Notes under the pieces: generated by a model
Database searches by the model: none
The model's input: the letters and a program-made list of their open reading frames with translations, nothing else
Told to the model about the DNA's origin: nothing
Position numbers and translations under genes: made by a program
In this document: piece after piece, positions 20,636 to 32,167 of the stretch
How the letters are laid out: every line of letters starts with the position of its first letter
Position numbering within the stretch: position 1 is the first letter of the stretch
Assembly: GCA_964291415.2 (NCBI GenBank)
Contig: OZ219917.1
Coordinates: 416,001 to 480,000, forward strand
Reading direction: 5' to 3'
DNA length: 64,000 nucleotides
DNA from: Alphaproteobacteria bacterium
GTDB lineage: Bacteria > Pseudomonadota > Alphaproteobacteria > SP197

Positions 20636-21586
20636 TCAGGAACGCTCCAAGCAACGTTTCTCGATCGCGTCCCACACCATCGACTCCAGTTTGCTGCCGT
20701 CGAAACGGTTGATCTCCTGGATTCCGGTCGGTGAGGTGACATTGATTTCCGTCAGCCAGTCGCCGATGACATCGATGCCGACGAGAACCATGCCGCGGCG
20801 TACCAGTTCCGGTCCGATGATGCGGCAGATCTCGAGGTCGCGGGGAGTCATGGCCGCCCGCTCGGGTCGGCCTCCGACATGCATGTTGGAGCGTGCCTCG
20901 CCCCTGGGCGGCACGCGATTGATGACACCGGCCGGTTCGCCGTCGATGAGAATGATCCGCCTGTCCCCCTGTCGGACTTCCGGCAGGTAGGTCTGGACCA
21001 TCAAGGGCTCCCGCGAGACGCCGGTGAACATTTCGTGCAGCGAGGCAAGGTTCTCGTCTCCGGGCGGGATGTGGAAGACGCCGGCGCCGCCGTTGCCATA
21101 GAGCGGCTTGATGATGATGTCGCGGTGCTCGTCACGAAACGTCCTCATCGCCTCCAGGGAACGGGTGATCAGGGTCGGCGGCATGATGCCCGGAAACTCC
21201 GTCGCGAAGAGTTTTTCCGGCGCGTTCCTCACGCCGGCCGGGTCGTTGACGACCAGGGTGGCGGGAAGGAGTTTCTCGAGAAGGTGGGTGGCGGTGATGT
21301 AGGCCATGTCGAACGGCGGGTCCTGGCGCATGAGCACCACGTCAACCGTCGCCAGATCCAGCCAGCGAGCCTCGCCGAGACTGACATGGTCTCCCTTCCT
21401 GCGCCTCAGGGCCATCGGCCGGCAGCGGGCGACGACGGCGCCGTCGCGGAACACCAGATCGTCCGGCTGATAGACCCACAACCTGTGACCGCGTTCCTGG
21501 GCCTCGAGAGCGAGAACGAAGGTGGTGTCCGCATCGATGTCGATGGATTCCACCGGGTCCATCTGGAAGGCAACGTCCAGCGTCAT
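20636..21586 (-). CDS. gshB: Glutathione synthetase
   Basis: [30 protein letters not shown] and [11 protein letters not shown] motifs. Confidence 0.97.
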   Translation of the reverse strand: MTLDVAFQMDPVESIDIDADTTFVLALEAQERGHRLWVYQPDDLVFRDGAVVARCRPMALRRRKGDHVSLGEARWLDLATVDVVLMRQDPPFDMAYITATHLLEKLLPATLVVNDPAGVRNAPEKLFATEFPGIMPPTLITRSLEAMRTFRDEHRDIIIKPLYGNGGAGVFHIPPGDENLASLHEMFTGVSREPLMVQTYLPEVRQGDRRIILIDGEPAGVINRVPPRGEARSNMHVGGRPERAAMTPRDLEICRIIGPELVRRGMVLVGIDVIGDWLTEINVTSPTGIQEINRFDGSKLESMVWDAIEKRCLERS

Positions 21587-21597
21587 GGAATCGAGGC

Positions 21598-22176
21598 TCA
21601 GCCGTCCAGGGTGCGAACGTAGCTCACCACTTCTTCGACACCGGATATCGTGCGCGCATGGTTGAGCACGCGTTCGAGTTCAGCGTCATCCCTGGCGATT
21701 CCCGTGATGTAGACCACGCGATCGACGGTCTCCACGTTGAAGTTGATCTTGGAGACGTCGGAATCGAACAGCAGCAGGGCGCGCAATTCGTTGGAGATGG
21801 CGATATCCGCGAGGGACGTGCTTCCGGCATTGGCCGCGTCGACATCGATCTCGTTCCTCACCTCGGCGACTCCCTCGGCCTGCCAGGCAAGCCGCACGGC
21901 CTCCATGCGCAAGCGTGCTTCTGCGACGTTCCCGGTAAGCAGGACGCGTCCCTCGGTCACATCGAGGGTGACACCTGAAAGCGCGCCTTCGTTGGTCTCG
22001 TTGAACTGTGTGAAACGCTGGGAAATGTCGAAGGTGACCGCCAGGTCATCGACCTGCTCGCCAAGACTGCGTTCCTCGGCAATCGATACGCCGCTCGTGG
22101 CCACCGCCCCCACGGCAAGGCCGACGCACCCTCCAAGCAATGGCGCGAGGACAAGGAGAAGGAGTAGGGCGGGCAT
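21598..22176 (-). CDS. Dual-BON-domain lipoprotein (DolP/YraP-like)
   Basis: Lipobox [24 protein letters not shown] and GV.EV.N/S BON motifs. Confidence 0.88.
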   Translation of the reverse strand: MPALLLLLVLAPLLGGCVGLAVGAVATSGVSIAEERSLGEQVDDLAVTFDISQRFTQFNETNEGALSGVTLDVTEGRVLLTGNVAEARLRMEAVRLAWQAEGVAEVRNEIDVDAANAGSTSLADIAISNELRALLLFDSDVSKINFNVETVDRVVYITGIARDDAELERVLNHARTISGVEEVVSYVRTLDG

Positions 22177-22274
22177 GGCGCCTCTGATGGATGGACGGGT
22201 TTCATAATGCGCCCATCACGCCGCTCTGTTCAAGGTCGCCTGGACCTTGCCGGCGCCGCAGCGCATGATCGCCG

Positions 22275-23549
22275 GTGATGACGCGAACGCTATTCATCAT
22301 CGTCGCCGTGGCTCTGGCAGCATGCAAGACCGTGCCGGAGAATGCAGCCGTCGTCAGTGAACCGGAATCGAAAGTGGAGGAGACGGGTCCGGCCCTCGAA
22401 CCGGACGAGCCCGGCATCGCCACCGGATCGGCGGATGGCTACAAGGTCGGATTCCTGGTACCGCTGTCCGGGGAGCATGGCGGTCTGGGCCGAAGCCTTC
22501 TTGATGCCGCCACCCTGGCGCTCTTCGACGTCGGTCGCGACGACATCGAACTCGTCGTCGCGGATACCGCCCACGGTGCGGCGGCGGCCGCCCGGCAGGT
22601 CGTCACCACCGGTGTCGATGCGGTGATCGGACCGTTGCTGGCCCGGTCCATCGACGAGGCTGCAGGGATACTCGCCGGACCGGAAAGGCATGTCTTCAGC
22701 CTCACGTCCGGTGCCGCTGCTGCCGGTGCCGGCATCCTTGCAATGGGCCACACTCCGGACCAGCAGGTACGACGCCTTGTGAACCATGCCGTGGCGACCG
22801 GCAACGTGCGCTTTGCCCTGCTGGCGCCGCGGTCTCCCTTCGGCGAACGCATGGCCGGAATCCTGCGCATGGCCGTTGCCGAGGCAGGCGGGCTTGTGAC
22901 TGCCGAGGTGTTTCATGACCCTGCAGGAACCGATATCGATGCCGCTGTCGCGGCTCTGGCCGCCACTCCCGTTCATCCTGGCGACACGGCCCGCGCCATC
23001 GCCTGGTTGCAGGACCAGGAGGGGCTCGCCGCGGAGGTTGCGATCGAAAGGCTGCTCGGTCCCGGAAGCCAGCGCGCCTTCGATGCCGTGTTCCTTCCCG
23101 GTTCCAGTCCGCTCCTGCAGAGAATTGCCGCCTGGATGGGCCATCACGACTTTCTCGCCGGTGATGTCCAGCTGTTCGGCCTCGACACCCTCGACGACGC
23201 GGCGCTGTTTCGCGAACCGCTCATGAACGGCGCGTGGTTCGCCGTGCCACCCGATGCCGGACGCAGCGCCATGCTCGGCCGCTATCGCGACACCTTCGGT
23301 TACGACCCGGACGATGCGGTGACACCCGCCTATGACGCCATGGCGCTGGTTTCCGCCGTCATCTCGGGTCCGCGGCAACGCCAGATCGACGACTGGCGGG
23401 GCTTCGGCGGGATCGACGGACTCTTCCGCTTCCGTGCGGACGGTCGCACCGAACGACAGCTTGCCGTCATGCGTATCACCCCGACGGGACCTGTCGTCGA
23501 GGATTCCGCGCCGGTCGCCTTCACCCCGCCGGCGGATCCTGGCGCCTGA
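22275..23549 (+). CDS. Penicillin-binding protein activator (LpoA/LppC-like periplasmic binding fold) lipoprotein
   Basis: Lipobox LAAC, KVGFLVPLSG, VIGPL and GF.GIDGLFRF motifs; usual neighbourhood next to hemW. Confidence 0.85.
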   Translation: MMTRTLFIIVAVALAACKTVPENAAVVSEPESKVEETGPALEPDEPGIATGSADGYKVGFLVPLSGEHGGLGRSLLDAATLALFDVGRDDIELVVADTAHGAAAAARQVVTTGVDAVIGPLLARSIDEAAGILAGPERHVFSLTSGAAAAGAGILAMGHTPDQQVRRLVNHAVATGNVRFALLAPRSPFGERMAGILRMAVAEAGGLVTAEVFHDPAGTDIDAAVAALAATPVHPGDTARAIAWLQDQEGLAAEVAIERLLGPGSQRAFDAVFLPGSSPLLQRIAAWMGHHDFLAGDVQLFGLDTLDDAALFREPLMNGAWFAVPPDAGRSAMLGRYRDTFGYDPDDAVTPAYDAMALVSAVISGPRQRQIDDWRGFGGIDGLFRFRADGRTERQLAVMRITPTGPVVEDSAPVAFTPPADPGA

Positions 23550-23561
23550 GGCGCTCCACGA

Positions 23562-24719
23562 CTACAGAAGCTTGTTCAGGACGGCGTTGAGGACATCGTG
23601 ACCACGGGGGGTCGCGGCGAGACCGCCGTTGCGGCGGCTGAGGAAGCCGGCGTCGATCAGGGTGCCAAGCGCTGCCGCATCGAGGCGGTCGGACCAGTCA
23701 GGACCGGCCGCGCGGACGAGGTCGTCACCAGCGAGGCCCGCTGTGAGGCGCAGCCCCATCATGAGCACTTCCCGCAGACGCTCCGTCCCCTTCACCGTTT
23801 CCCTGTCACGGGTCGCATGACCGTGTTCGTGGACACGCGCCAGCCAGGTCTCCGGACGCCGTTCCTGGCGCCGCTCGATGCTGACCCCTGGTGAGGAGTC
23901 GAGACGGCCGCAGGCGCCGGGACCGACACCGACCCACTCGCCGGAACGCCAGTAGACGAGATTGTGGCGACATTCCTCTCCCGGCCGCGCGTGATTGGAT
24001 ATCTCGTAGGCCGGCAAGCCTGCCTGCGAGGCAAGATCCTGAGTGACGTCGCGCATGTCGGCCCGCGCATCGGCAGGCGGAAGGTTGAGGTCTCCGCGCG
24101 CTGCCAGCGTTGCAAACCGGGTGCCAGGCTCAATGGTGAGCTGGTAGAGCGACAGGTGATCCGCGCCCAGGGCAAGCGCCCCGGCCAGTTCGTCGCGCCA
24201 GCCGGGAATGGTCTGGCCGCTGCGGCCATAGATGAGATCGAAGGAGAGGCGATCGAAGGTGCGTCGTCCGGCCGCGATGGCGGCGCGGGCGTCGGCAACG
24301 TCATGGCGCCGGCCGAGTGCCCGCAGGCCAGCGTCGTCGAGAGCCTGAACGCCGATCGAGATACGGTTGATGCCGGCGCTGCGGTAACAGGTAAAGCGAC
24401 TGGCGTCCGATGAGCCCGGGTTCGCCTCCAGGGTCACCTCCACATCCGGTCCGGCGGTCCAGTGACCGGCGATCGCCGAGAGGACCGCCTCGACCGTCGC
24501 CGGCGCCATGAGTGACGGTGTTCCGCCGCCGAAAAAGACGCTCGTCACCTCGCGCCCTTGCGTCAGGGAGGCCATGAAGGCGATTTCGCACGTGAGGGCA
24601 CGGCTCCATGACTCTTCGTCGATGACCGTGCGGACATGGCTGTTGAAGTCGCAGTAGGGACACTTCGAATGACAGAAGGGCCAGTGAACATAGACCCCGA
24701 ATCCCGGGGCCGCCGTCAT
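23562..24719 (-). CDS. hemW: Radical SAM heme chaperone HemW
   Basis: YVHWPFCHSKCPYCDFNS CxxxCxxC, GGGTPS, YEISNHA and HNLVYW motifs. Confidence 0.94.
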   Translation of the reverse strand: MTAAPGFGVYVHWPFCHSKCPYCDFNSHVRTVIDEESWSRALTCEIAFMASLTQGREVTSVFFGGGTPSLMAPATVEAVLSAIAGHWTAGPDVEVTLEANPGSSDASRFTCYRSAGINRISIGVQALDDAGLRALGRRHDVADARAAIAAGRRTFDRLSFDLIYGRSGQTIPGWRDELAGALALGADHLSLYQLTIEPGTRFATLAARGDLNLPPADARADMRDVTQDLASQAGLPAYEISNHARPGEECRHNLVYWRSGEWVGVGPGACGRLDSSPGVSIERRQERRPETWLARVHEHGHATRDRETVKGTERLREVLMMGLRLTAGLAGDDLVRAAGPDWSDRLDAAALGTLIDAGFLSRRNGGLAATPRGHDVLNAVLNKLL

Positions 24720-25300
24720 GCCAACGCCGCCATGAGCGCGCGGAAGGCACGGGCGCGATGGTTGGTGGCCATCTTTCCGTTCATCGACATCTCGCCATAG
24801 GTCAGGACATCCCCGGCGGGCACGAAGACGGGATCATAGCCGAACCCGTTCGTTCCCCTCGGTGGAAAGGTGAGCGTTCCCTCGACCACGCCGGAGAAGG
24901 TCCGGCTTGTTCCGTCCGGCCAGGTCAGGGCCAGAACACAGTGGAAGGCGGCATCGGGGGCCGGCACTCCGGCAAGGAGACGCTCGAGCCGGACGATGGC
25001 GGCGGCAAAGTCGCGGGTCTCCCCCGCCCAGCGGGCGGAGTGGATTCCCGGTGCGCCGTCGAGCGCGGCGACAGCAAGGCCGGAATCATCGGCCAGCGCC
25101 GGCAGGCCCGTTGCCTGCGTGGCGCTTGTGGCCTTCAGCAGCGCATTGGCTGCAAAGGTCTCCCCGGTCTCCTCCGGGACGGCAAGGCCCAGTTCACCCG
25201 CACCCGTCACGCGGACATCGAGACCGCGCAGGAGATCGGCAATCTCCGCCACCTTGCCGGCATTGTGGCTGGCAATGACGAGGTGTGGCGGAAGCGCCAT
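24716..25300 (-). CDS. rdgB: dITP/XTP pyrophosphatase (RdgB/HAM1)
   Basis: IASHNAGKV.EI, LADDSGL, GFGYDPVF and NHRARAF motifs. Confidence 0.94.
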   Translation of the reverse strand: MALPPHLVIASHNAGKVAEIADLLRGLDVRVTGAGELGLAVPEETGETFAANALLKATSATQATGLPALADDSGLAVAALDGAPGIHSARWAGETRDFAAAIVRLERLLAGVPAPDAAFHCVLALTWPDGTSRTFSGVVEGTLTFPPRGTNGFGYDPVFVPAGDVLTYGEMSMNGKMATNHRARAFRALMAALA

Positions 25301-26016
25301 CAACCCGTTCCCAGTGCCGAGCGCTGCAGTCCGACGATATGGTCGATGCCGTCTCGGGCGAGATCGAACAGCTGGTCGAACTGGTCGCGGGTGAAGGCCT
25401 TTCTCTCGGCGGTCGTCTGGATCTCGATGATGGTGCCCGTGTCCGTCATCACGAAGTTGGCATCGGCCTCGGCCGCGGAATCCTCCTCGTAGTCGAGATC
25501 GAGAACCACGACACCGCCAACGATTCCGCACGATACGGCCGCCACCATGCCGGTCACCGGCCGGACATCCTGGCCGGGAAGGACGGTATCGATGGCCTGG
25601 CGAAGGGCCACATACGCTCCCGTGATGGCCGCCGTGCGGGTGCCGCCATCGGCCTCGATGACGTCGCAGTCGACGATGAACTGGCGTTCGCCCAGCTTTG
25701 CAGGATCGATCACGGCCCTCAGGCTGCGGCCGATGAGGCGCTGAATCTCGAGAGTCCGGCCGGACTGCCTGCCGCGCGACGCCTCGCGCACGGTGCGAGA
25801 GTGGGTGGAGCGCGGCAGCATGCCGTACTCCGCGGTGATCCAGCCGCGTCCCTGGCCTCTCATCCACACCGGAACGCGGCCTTCGAGAGAGGCGGTGCAC
25901 AGCACCCGGGTATGGCCGAAACGCACCATGCAGGAACCCTCCGCGTGTCGCGCGGCGCCGGTGTGGAGTTCAATCGTGCGCAACTCGTCGGCAGCGCGGC
26001 CGGATGGTCGGGTCAT
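25300..26016 (-). CDS. rph: Ribonuclease PH
   Basis: [29 protein letters not shown] and [12 protein letters not shown] motifs. Confidence 0.96.
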   Translation of the reverse strand: MTRPSGRAADELRTIELHTGAARHAEGSCMVRFGHTRVLCTASLEGRVPVWMRGQGRGWITAEYGMLPRSTHSRTVREASRGRQSGRTLEIQRLIGRSLRAVIDPAKLGERQFIVDCDVIEADGGTRTAAITGAYVALRQAIDTVLPGQDVRPVTGMVAAVSCGIVGGVVVLDLDYEEDSAAEADANFVMTDTGTIIEIQTTAERKAFTRDQFDQLFDLARDGIDHIVGLQRSALGTG

Positions 26017-26098
26017 GGCTTGGCAAGAGGAGGCGGTGAACCCGCAAACTAGACCTTGGGGGCGATCTTGGGAAGTGCGTCCTGGCCCCCCGGAACAC

Positions 26099-26127
26099 GT
26101 TGAATTCAGGGACATCAGTTCCTACAT
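26099..26127 (+). promoter_or_regulatory. Putative RpoH (sigma32) promoter for hrcA-grpE
   Basis: GTTGAA-N16-CCTACAT, close to the alphaproteobacterial RpoH consensus CTTGAA-N16-CCTATAT. Confidence 0.6.
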
Positions 26128-26199
26128 GGACTGCGGCGGGATGTCCTTCGCTGCAGCTGTCGATGGCGACAGCGGCAATGTTCACACACGGCGGGCCTT

Positions 26200-27243
26200 G
26201 TGATTCACGAACTCGACAGCCGGTCACGCAAGATTCTCAGCATTCTCGTGGACGAGTTTGTCCGCACGGGAGAGCCGGTCGGTTCACGTTCGATCGCCCG
26301 CAAGTTCCCGAGCACGCTGTCGGCCACGTCCGTGCGCAACATCATGTCGGACCTCGAGGATGCCGGCCTCATCGCCGCTCCTCACACGAGCGCCGGCCGC
26401 CAGCCCACCGATCTCGGACTCAGGCTCTTTGTCGAAGCCCTCCTGGAGATCGGGGATCCCTCCGGCGACGACCGTGCGGCGATCGCTGCGGCCTGTCAGG
26501 AAGCGGGCCGCAATTACGAGGAGGTCCTTGAGGCGGCGACCAATCTTCTTTCGGACCTCACGCACCATGCCGGTGTAGTCGTGGCGCCGAAGATAGACAC
26601 GCCCTACCGCCACATCGAGTTCGTGTCCCTGTCCGCCGACCGGGCCCTCGTCATCGTCGTCCACGAGAACGGCATGGTGGAGAACCGCATCATCCAGCTT
26701 CCTTCGGGAGTCACGCCTTCGACCCTCGTGCGCGCCGGCAACTATCTCTCGGCGCGGCTCGCGGGACGGACCTTCTCCGAGGCGGTGGACGAGATCAACC
26801 GCGAACTCGATCTCCACGAAGCGGAACTCGACACCCTCTCGAGGCGGGTCGTGGAAGCCGGTATCGCCACATGGACGGAGGACCAGGCCGACGATGACCG
26901 CGCCATACTGATCGTTCGGGGACAGGCCAACCTGCTCGACGACATCAAGGCCATGGCCGATCTCGAGCGCATTCGCGACCTGCTCGACAAACTCGACCAG
27001 GCGCGGCACATGATGCAGCTCATCGATCTCACCCAGGACGCTGACGGTGTCAGCATCTTCATTGGCGCCGACAACGATCTCTTCCGCCTGTCGGGTTGCG
27101 CCACCATCGTGGCGCCGGTCACCGATGCATCGCGACGTTTCATCGGCACCCTGGGCGTTATCGGCCCGACCCGCATGAACTACGCCCGGATCATTCCCAT
27201 GGTGGATTACACGGCGCGGGTGGTCGGCCGCCTGCTGGGCTGA
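26200..27243 (+). CDS. hrcA: Heat-inducible transcription repressor HrcA
   Basis: GEPVGSR, PHTSAGR.PT and GVIGPTRMNYARIIPMVDYTA motifs. Confidence 0.96.
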   Translation: MIHELDSRSRKILSILVDEFVRTGEPVGSRSIARKFPSTLSATSVRNIMSDLEDAGLIAAPHTSAGRQPTDLGLRLFVEALLEIGDPSGDDRAAIAAACQEAGRNYEEVLEAATNLLSDLTHHAGVVVAPKIDTPYRHIEFVSLSADRALVIVVHENGMVENRIIQLPSGVTPSTLVRAGNYLSARLAGRTFSEAVDEINRELDLHEAELDTLSRRVVEAGIATWTEDQADDDRAILIVRGQANLLDDIKAMADLERIRDLLDKLDQARHMMQLIDLTQDADGVSIFIGADNDLFRLSGCATIVAPVTDASRRFIGTLGVIGPTRMNYARIIPMVDYTARVVGRLLG

Positions 27244-27275
27244 CGACCGCACCGAGAGGCAAACAGGAAGGACAG

Positions 27276-27866
27276 ATGACAAGCAAACCCGAAACAGAAA
27301 CCGACGAGGCCGCGGAGTGCGGCGACGGAATCGAGGCGGCTGAGGCGGAAGAAGCCGCCGCCGATACGGAGGTCGACGACCAGGAAGCCCGGATCGCCGA
27401 ACTTGAGGAGGAGGTGTCGGATCTCAAGGACCGCCTGCTGCGGTCTGCGGCCGAGACGGACAACATCAGGAAGCGCTCCCTCAAGGATGTCGATGATGCC
27501 AGGAAGTTCGCCACGCGGCAGTTTTCCGCAGATGTGCTGGCGGTCGCCGACAACCTCGCGCGGGCCCTGGAATACGTCACCGACGAGGCGCGCAAGGATG
27601 ATGGGAGCAAGGGACTCATCGAAGGCGTCGAGATGACCCTCAAGGAGTTCGCCAGCATTCTCGAACGGCACGGGATTCGTCCCGTCGAGGCCATGGGCGC
27701 ACCCTTCGATCCCAATCTCCACCAGGCGATGTTCGAGGTGGAGAGCGCCGACGTCGCGGCCGGGCACGTCATGCAGGTCATGCGTGTCGGCTACACGATA
27801 CACGATCGCCTGCTTCGACCGGCCATGGTGGGCGTGGCGAAGGCGCCGGCGGACGACCAGGCATGA
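27276..27866 (+). CDS. grpE: Nucleotide exchange factor GrpE
   Basis: AE.DN.RKR, VADNL.RAL, FDPNLHQAM and GY.I.DRLLRPAMV.V motifs. Confidence 0.96.
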   Translation: MTSKPETETDEAAECGDGIEAAEAEEAAADTEVDDQEARIAELEEEVSDLKDRLLRSAAETDNIRKRSLKDVDDARKFATRQFSADVLAVADNLARALEYVTDEARKDDGSKGLIEGVEMTLKEFASILERHGIRPVEAMGAPFDPNLHQAMFEVESADVAAGHVMQVMRVGYTIHDRLLRPAMVGVAKAPADDQA

Positions 27867-27903
27867 AGGTCCGTCCCTCTTTCGTGACGAACGGGGTCCG
27901 CGT

Positions 27904-27931
27904 CTTGCGGGCGGGCCAGCGAGACCTATAT
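27904..27931 (+). promoter_or_regulatory. Putative RpoH (sigma32) promoter for dnaK-dnaJ
   Basis: CTTGCG-N15-CCTATAT about 100 bp upstream of dnaK. Confidence 0.65.
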
Positions 27932-28029
27932 CTCAACCACTACAGTGACATGAAGACCTGGGGGTCAATGCGGAGCGCCGGGAACCGGGCTTCGACACCG
28001 ATCCGCCGAAACCTTGGGGAGTTGACGTC

Positions 28030-29928
28030 ATGAGCAAAGTCATCGGTATCGATCTTGGAACCACCAATTCGTGTGTGGCCGTCATGGACGGGTCCAATGC
28101 GCGCGTGATCGAGAATGCGGAGGGTGTGCGCACCACGCCGTCGATGGTTGCGTTCAGCGACAGCGGCGAGCGCCTGATCGGGCAGTCGGCCAAGCGCCAG
28201 GCCGTGACCAATCCCGAAGCCACCCTGTTTGCCATCAAGCGCCTCATCGGCCGGCGTATCGATGACCCGATGACCCGCAAGGACATGGATCTCGTTCCCT
28301 ACAAGATCGTCAAGGCGGACAATGGCGATGCCTGGGTTGCCGCCAGGGGAGAGAACTACAGTCCCAGCCAGATCAGCGCCTTCATCCTGCAGAAGATGAA
28401 GGAGACCGCCGAGGCCCATCTCGGGCAGCCCGTGACGCAGGCGATCATCACCGTTCCCGCCTACTTCAATGACAGCCAGCGCCAGGCCACCAAGGATGCC
28501 GGCAAGATCGCCGGGCTGGAGGTTCTGCGCATCATCAACGAACCGACCGCGGCCGCACTGGCCTACGGTCTCGACAAGAAGGATTCCGGCACCATCGTCG
28601 TCTACGACCTCGGCGGCGGCACCTTTGATGTATCGGTACTCGAGATCGGCGATGGCGTCTTCGAGGTCAAGTCGACCAACGGCAACACCTTTCTCGGTGG
28701 CGAGGACTTCGACAAGCGGGTGCTCGACTACCTTGCCGAGGAGTTCCAGAAGGAAAACGGCATTGATCTGAGAGCCGACAAGCTGGCCCTGCAGCGCCTC
28801 AAGGAGGCGGCCGAGAAGGCGAAGATCGAGTTGTCGAGCGCCGTGCAGACAGAGATCAACCTTCCCTTCATCACGGCTGACCAGTCGGGGCCGAAGCACC
28901 TGACGATCAAGCTGACCCGGGCCAAGCTCGAGGCGCTGGTCGATGATCTCATCGAGAGCACGCTGGTTCCCTGCAGAAAGGCGCTCAAGGATGCCGGATA
29001 CTCGGCCGGCGAGGTCGACGAGGTGGTGCTTGTGGGCGGCATGACGCGCATGCCCAAGGTGCAGCAGAAAGTGCAGCAGTTCTTCGGCAGGGAACCGCAC
29101 AAGGGGGTCAATCCCGACGAGGTCGTGGCCATCGGGGCAGCCATCCAGGGCGGCATCCTGCAGGGCGACGTCAAGGACGTCCTGCTGCTCGACGTCACCC
29201 CGCTTTCCCTCGGAATCGAGACGCTTGGCGGTGTCTTCACCCGCCTGATCGACCGCAACACGACAATACCGACTCGCAAGAGTCAGGTCTTCTCGACGGC
29301 CGACGACAACCAGACGGCGGTCACGATCAGGGTGTCCCAGGGCGAACGGGAGATGGCGGCCAACAACAAGCTGCTGGGGCAGTTTGATCTCGTCGGCATC
29401 GCCCCGGCGCCACGCGGCATCCCGCAGATCGAGGTCACGTTTGACATCGACGCCAACGGTATCGTCAACGTGTCGGCCAAGGACAAGGCGACCAGCAAGG
29501 AACAGCAGATCCGCATCCAGGCCTCCGGCGGGCTGAGCGATGACGAGATCGAGTCGATGGTGAAGGACGCGGAGAGCCATGCCGAGGAGGACACCAGGAA
29601 GCGTGCCCTCGTCGAGGCGAGGAACGCCGCCGATGCGCTCATCCATGCCACCGAACAGCAGCTCGGCGAACATGGCGACAAGGTGGAGCCCGACATCAGG
29701 ACATCCATCGAGACAGCCATGTCGGATCTCCGCGAGGCACGTGACGGCGAGGATGTCGAGGCGATCCAGTCGGCCACCCAGGCCCTGACCCAGGCGGCCA
29801 TGAAGCTCGGTGAGGCGATCTACCGGAACCAGCAGGAAACCTCCGCCGGTGACGGGGATGGCAGTGACGGTGTCGTGGATGCCGACTTCGAGGAAGTTGA
29901 CGACGACAGGAAGAGCGGCACCGCCTGA
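28030..29928 (+). CDS. dnaK: Chaperone DnaK (Hsp70)
   Basis: [33 protein letters not shown] and C-terminal VVDADFEEV motifs. Confidence 0.99.
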   Translation: MSKVIGIDLGTTNSCVAVMDGSNARVIENAEGVRTTPSMVAFSDSGERLIGQSAKRQAVTNPEATLFAIKRLIGRRIDDPMTRKDMDLVPYKIVKADNGDAWVAARGENYSPSQISAFILQKMKETAEAHLGQPVTQAIITVPAYFNDSQRQATKDAGKIAGLEVLRIINEPTAAALAYGLDKKDSGTIVVYDLGGGTFDVSVLEIGDGVFEVKSTNGNTFLGGEDFDKRVLDYLAEEFQKENGIDLRADKLALQRLKEAAEKAKIELSSAVQTEINLPFITADQSGPKHLTIKLTRAKLEALVDDLIESTLVPCRKALKDAGYSAGEVDEVVLVGGMTRMPKVQQKVQQFFGREPHKGVNPDEVVAIGAAIQGGILQGDVKDVLLLDVTPLSLGIETLGGVFTRLIDRNTTIPTRKSQVFSTADDNQTAVTIRVSQGEREMAANNKLLGQFDLVGIAPAPRGIPQIEVTFDIDANGIVNVSAKDKATSKEQQIRIQASGGLSDDEIESMVKDAESHAEEDTRKRALVEARNAADALIHATEQQLGEHGDKVEPDIRTSIETAMSDLREARDGEDVEAIQSATQALTQAAMKLGEAIYRNQQETSAGDGDGSDGVVDADFEEVDDDRKSGTA

Positions 29929-29951
29929 CCGTCACGACACGAGCCAGGGTC

Positions 29952-31079
29952 ATGGCGGAACAGGACTTCTACGATGTGCTCGGTGTCGCTCGGGATGCCG
30001 ATGAGAGCGCCATCAAGAAAGCGTATCGCAAGCTTGCGATGAAGTACCATCCTGACCGCAATGCCGGTGATGCGGCTGCGGAGGTCAGGTTCCGGGAGGT
30101 CAACGAAGCTTACGAGGTTCTCAAGGACTCGCAGAAACGGGCCGCCTACGACCGCTTCGGGCATGCGGCGTTCGACGGCTCCATGGGAACGGGCCAGGGT
30201 CACGACTTCGCCAGCAGCTTCGCGGATGTCTTCGACGACCTCTTCGGCAACTTCGGCGGTGGTGGCCGCCGCCGCCGTGGCGGCGGCATGCAGGGTGCGG
30301 ATCTCCGCCATGACATGGAGATCACCCTCGAGGAGGCGTTTTCCGGCAAGAAGGCCGATATTCGCGTGCCGACCAGCGTGTCCTGCCAGGCGTGCGGCGG
30401 CAGCGGCGCGCAGGATCCCGATGCGACCGCCGCGTGCGGCACATGTTCGGGCTACGGCAAGGTGCGCACCCAGCAGGGCTTCTTCTCGATTGAAAGGACG
30501 TGTCCGGCCTGCGGTGGAGCCGGGCGGGTCATCCGCGATCCCTGCACGGCGTGTTCGGGCTCGGGCCGCGTGCACAGGGAAACGACGCTCAGCGTCACGA
30601 TTCCCCCAGGAATCGAGGATGGCATGCGCATCCGCCTCTCGGGCAAGGGAGAGGCGGGGGTGCGTGGCGGTCCTCCGGGCGATCTCTACATCATCGTCTC
30701 CATCGAGCCGCACCCCTTCTTCCAGCGCGAGGGGGGCACGGTCTACTGCCGTGTGCCGATTTCCATCACCTCTGCGGCCCTGGGCAGGGACGTCGACATT
30801 CCGACCATCGAAGGCACGCGCGCGCGGATCGCCGTTCCCCCTGGAACCCAGACCGGGCGCCAGTTCCGCCTGCGCGGCAAGGGAATGAAGGAGGTGCGCG
30901 GTTCCCAGCGTGGCGACATGATCATCGAAACCGTGGTCGAGACCCCGGTCAACCTGAACTCACGGCAAAAGGAGTTGCTCAGGGAGTTCGACGAGGCCGG
31001 TCACTCGGGCAGGCACAACCCCGAAACGGAAGGTTTTTTCGCACGCGTCAGGGACTTCTGGCAGAATTTGACCGATTGA
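29952..31079 (+). CDS. dnaJ: Chaperone DnaJ
   Basis: J-domain HPD, G/F region and four CxxCxGxG repeats. Confidence 0.98.
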   Translation: MAEQDFYDVLGVARDADESAIKKAYRKLAMKYHPDRNAGDAAAEVRFREVNEAYEVLKDSQKRAAYDRFGHAAFDGSMGTGQGHDFASSFADVFDDLFGNFGGGGRRRRGGGMQGADLRHDMEITLEEAFSGKKADIRVPTSVSCQACGGSGAQDPDATAACGTCSGYGKVRTQQGFFSIERTCPACGGAGRVIRDPCTACSGSGRVHRETTLSVTIPPGIEDGMRIRLSGKGEAGVRGGPPGDLYIIVSIEPHPFFQREGGTVYCRVPISITSAALGRDVDIPTIEGTRARIAVPPGTQTGRQFRLRGKGMKEVRGSQRGDMIIETVVETPVNLNSRQKELLREFDEAGHSGRHNPETEGFFARVRDFWQNLTD

Positions 31080-31098
31080 CAAGAACCTGGAGGGATCC

Positions 31099-31911
31099 AT
31101 GACCGTGCGTGCAGGGATTTCAGGCTCATCGGGACGCATGGGCAGGATGCTCGTGCAGACGATCGGCGAACGCGACGACATCGTGGTGTCGGCGGCCAGC
31201 GAACATCCATCGAGCGACGCCATCGGCCGGGATGCCGGCGAGGTCGCCGGGGCCGGAACTCTCGGCGTCACCGTCGTCGACAGCGCCGAAGCCCTGTTTT
31301 CGTCCTGCGACGTCGTCATCGATTTCTCTTCGCCCGCGGCCACCGTTGCCCATGCCCGCGTGGCGGCAGCCACGGGCAAGGGACTCGTGGCGGGAACCAC
31401 CGGTCTCGATGCATCCGCGCGTGCGGTGATTGCCGAAGCGTCCCGCACGGCCGCGATCGTCAGCGCCGGAAACATGAGCCTCGGAGTCAACCTTCTCCTC
31501 GGCATCACCAGGAAAGTCGCCGCGGCCCTCGACGAGGATTTCGACATCGAGGTGGTCGAGACCCATCATCGTCACAAGGTGGACGCGCCTTCGGGAACGG
31601 CGCTGATGCTGGCCGAAGCCGCCGCGCAGGGGCGCGGTGTTACCCTCGACGAGGTCGCCGATCGGGGCCGCGACGGCATCACCGGAGCTCGCCGGCGCGG
31701 CGCCATCGGCATGTCGGCCATGAGGGGCGGCGATGTCGTCGGCGAACACCAGGTGATGTTTCTCGCCCCCGGCGAGCGCATCGAGATCGGCCACCGCGCC
31801 GGCGACCGGGTCATCTTCGCGCGCGGCGCCATCACGGCCGCCCGGTGGCTCTTCCAGCGTCCTGCCGGACTCTACGGCATGGAGGACGTTCTCGGCCTCA
31901 CCGGAGACTGA
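31099..31911 (+). CDS. dapB: 4-hydroxy-tetrahydrodipicolinate reductase
   Basis: GRMG, IDFS, GTTG, ETHHRHKVDAPSGTA and RGGDVVGEH motifs. Confidence 0.97.
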   Translation: MTVRAGISGSSGRMGRMLVQTIGERDDIVVSAASEHPSSDAIGRDAGEVAGAGTLGVTVVDSAEALFSSCDVVIDFSSPAATVAHARVAAATGKGLVAGTTGLDASARAVIAEASRTAAIVSAGNMSLGVNLLLGITRKVAAALDEDFDIEVVETHHRHKVDAPSGTALMLAEAAAQGRGVTLDEVADRGRDGITGARRRGAIGMSAMRGGDVVGEHQVMFLAPGERIEIGHRAGDRVIFARGAITAARWLFQRPAGLYGMEDVLGLTGD

Positions 31912-32167
31912 CTCGCCGGCTGCACAAGGGGATCTCGCGTTGCGTGGGTCCGCGAGCGAGACGATGTGAGCCTGCGTATCGAGCACAGCGCTGACGCAGG
32001 GGTTTGCATCGAGGTCGGCGCATCAATGCGGAGGCCTCATTATCCGATTGCCTTTGACAGAGCAGGCCGACCTCTCCCAAACTCATGAACTCAGCGATGG
32101 CCTGGCGCACTCGTTCCGCCGTCTCCTCGATGACCATGACAAGAACGCGCAGACGAGGAGAATGAAC

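Noticed and set aside
26017-28029. CIRCE operator near hrcA/grpE/dnaK
   Set aside because: No TTAGCACTC-N9-GAGTGCTAA was found; only RpoH-like promoters are visible.
27940-29673. 577-aa ORF antisense to dnaK
   Set aside because: Long antisense ORFs on hsp70 genes are a known by-product of codon bias in GC-rich DNA, and this one has no recognisable motifs of its own.
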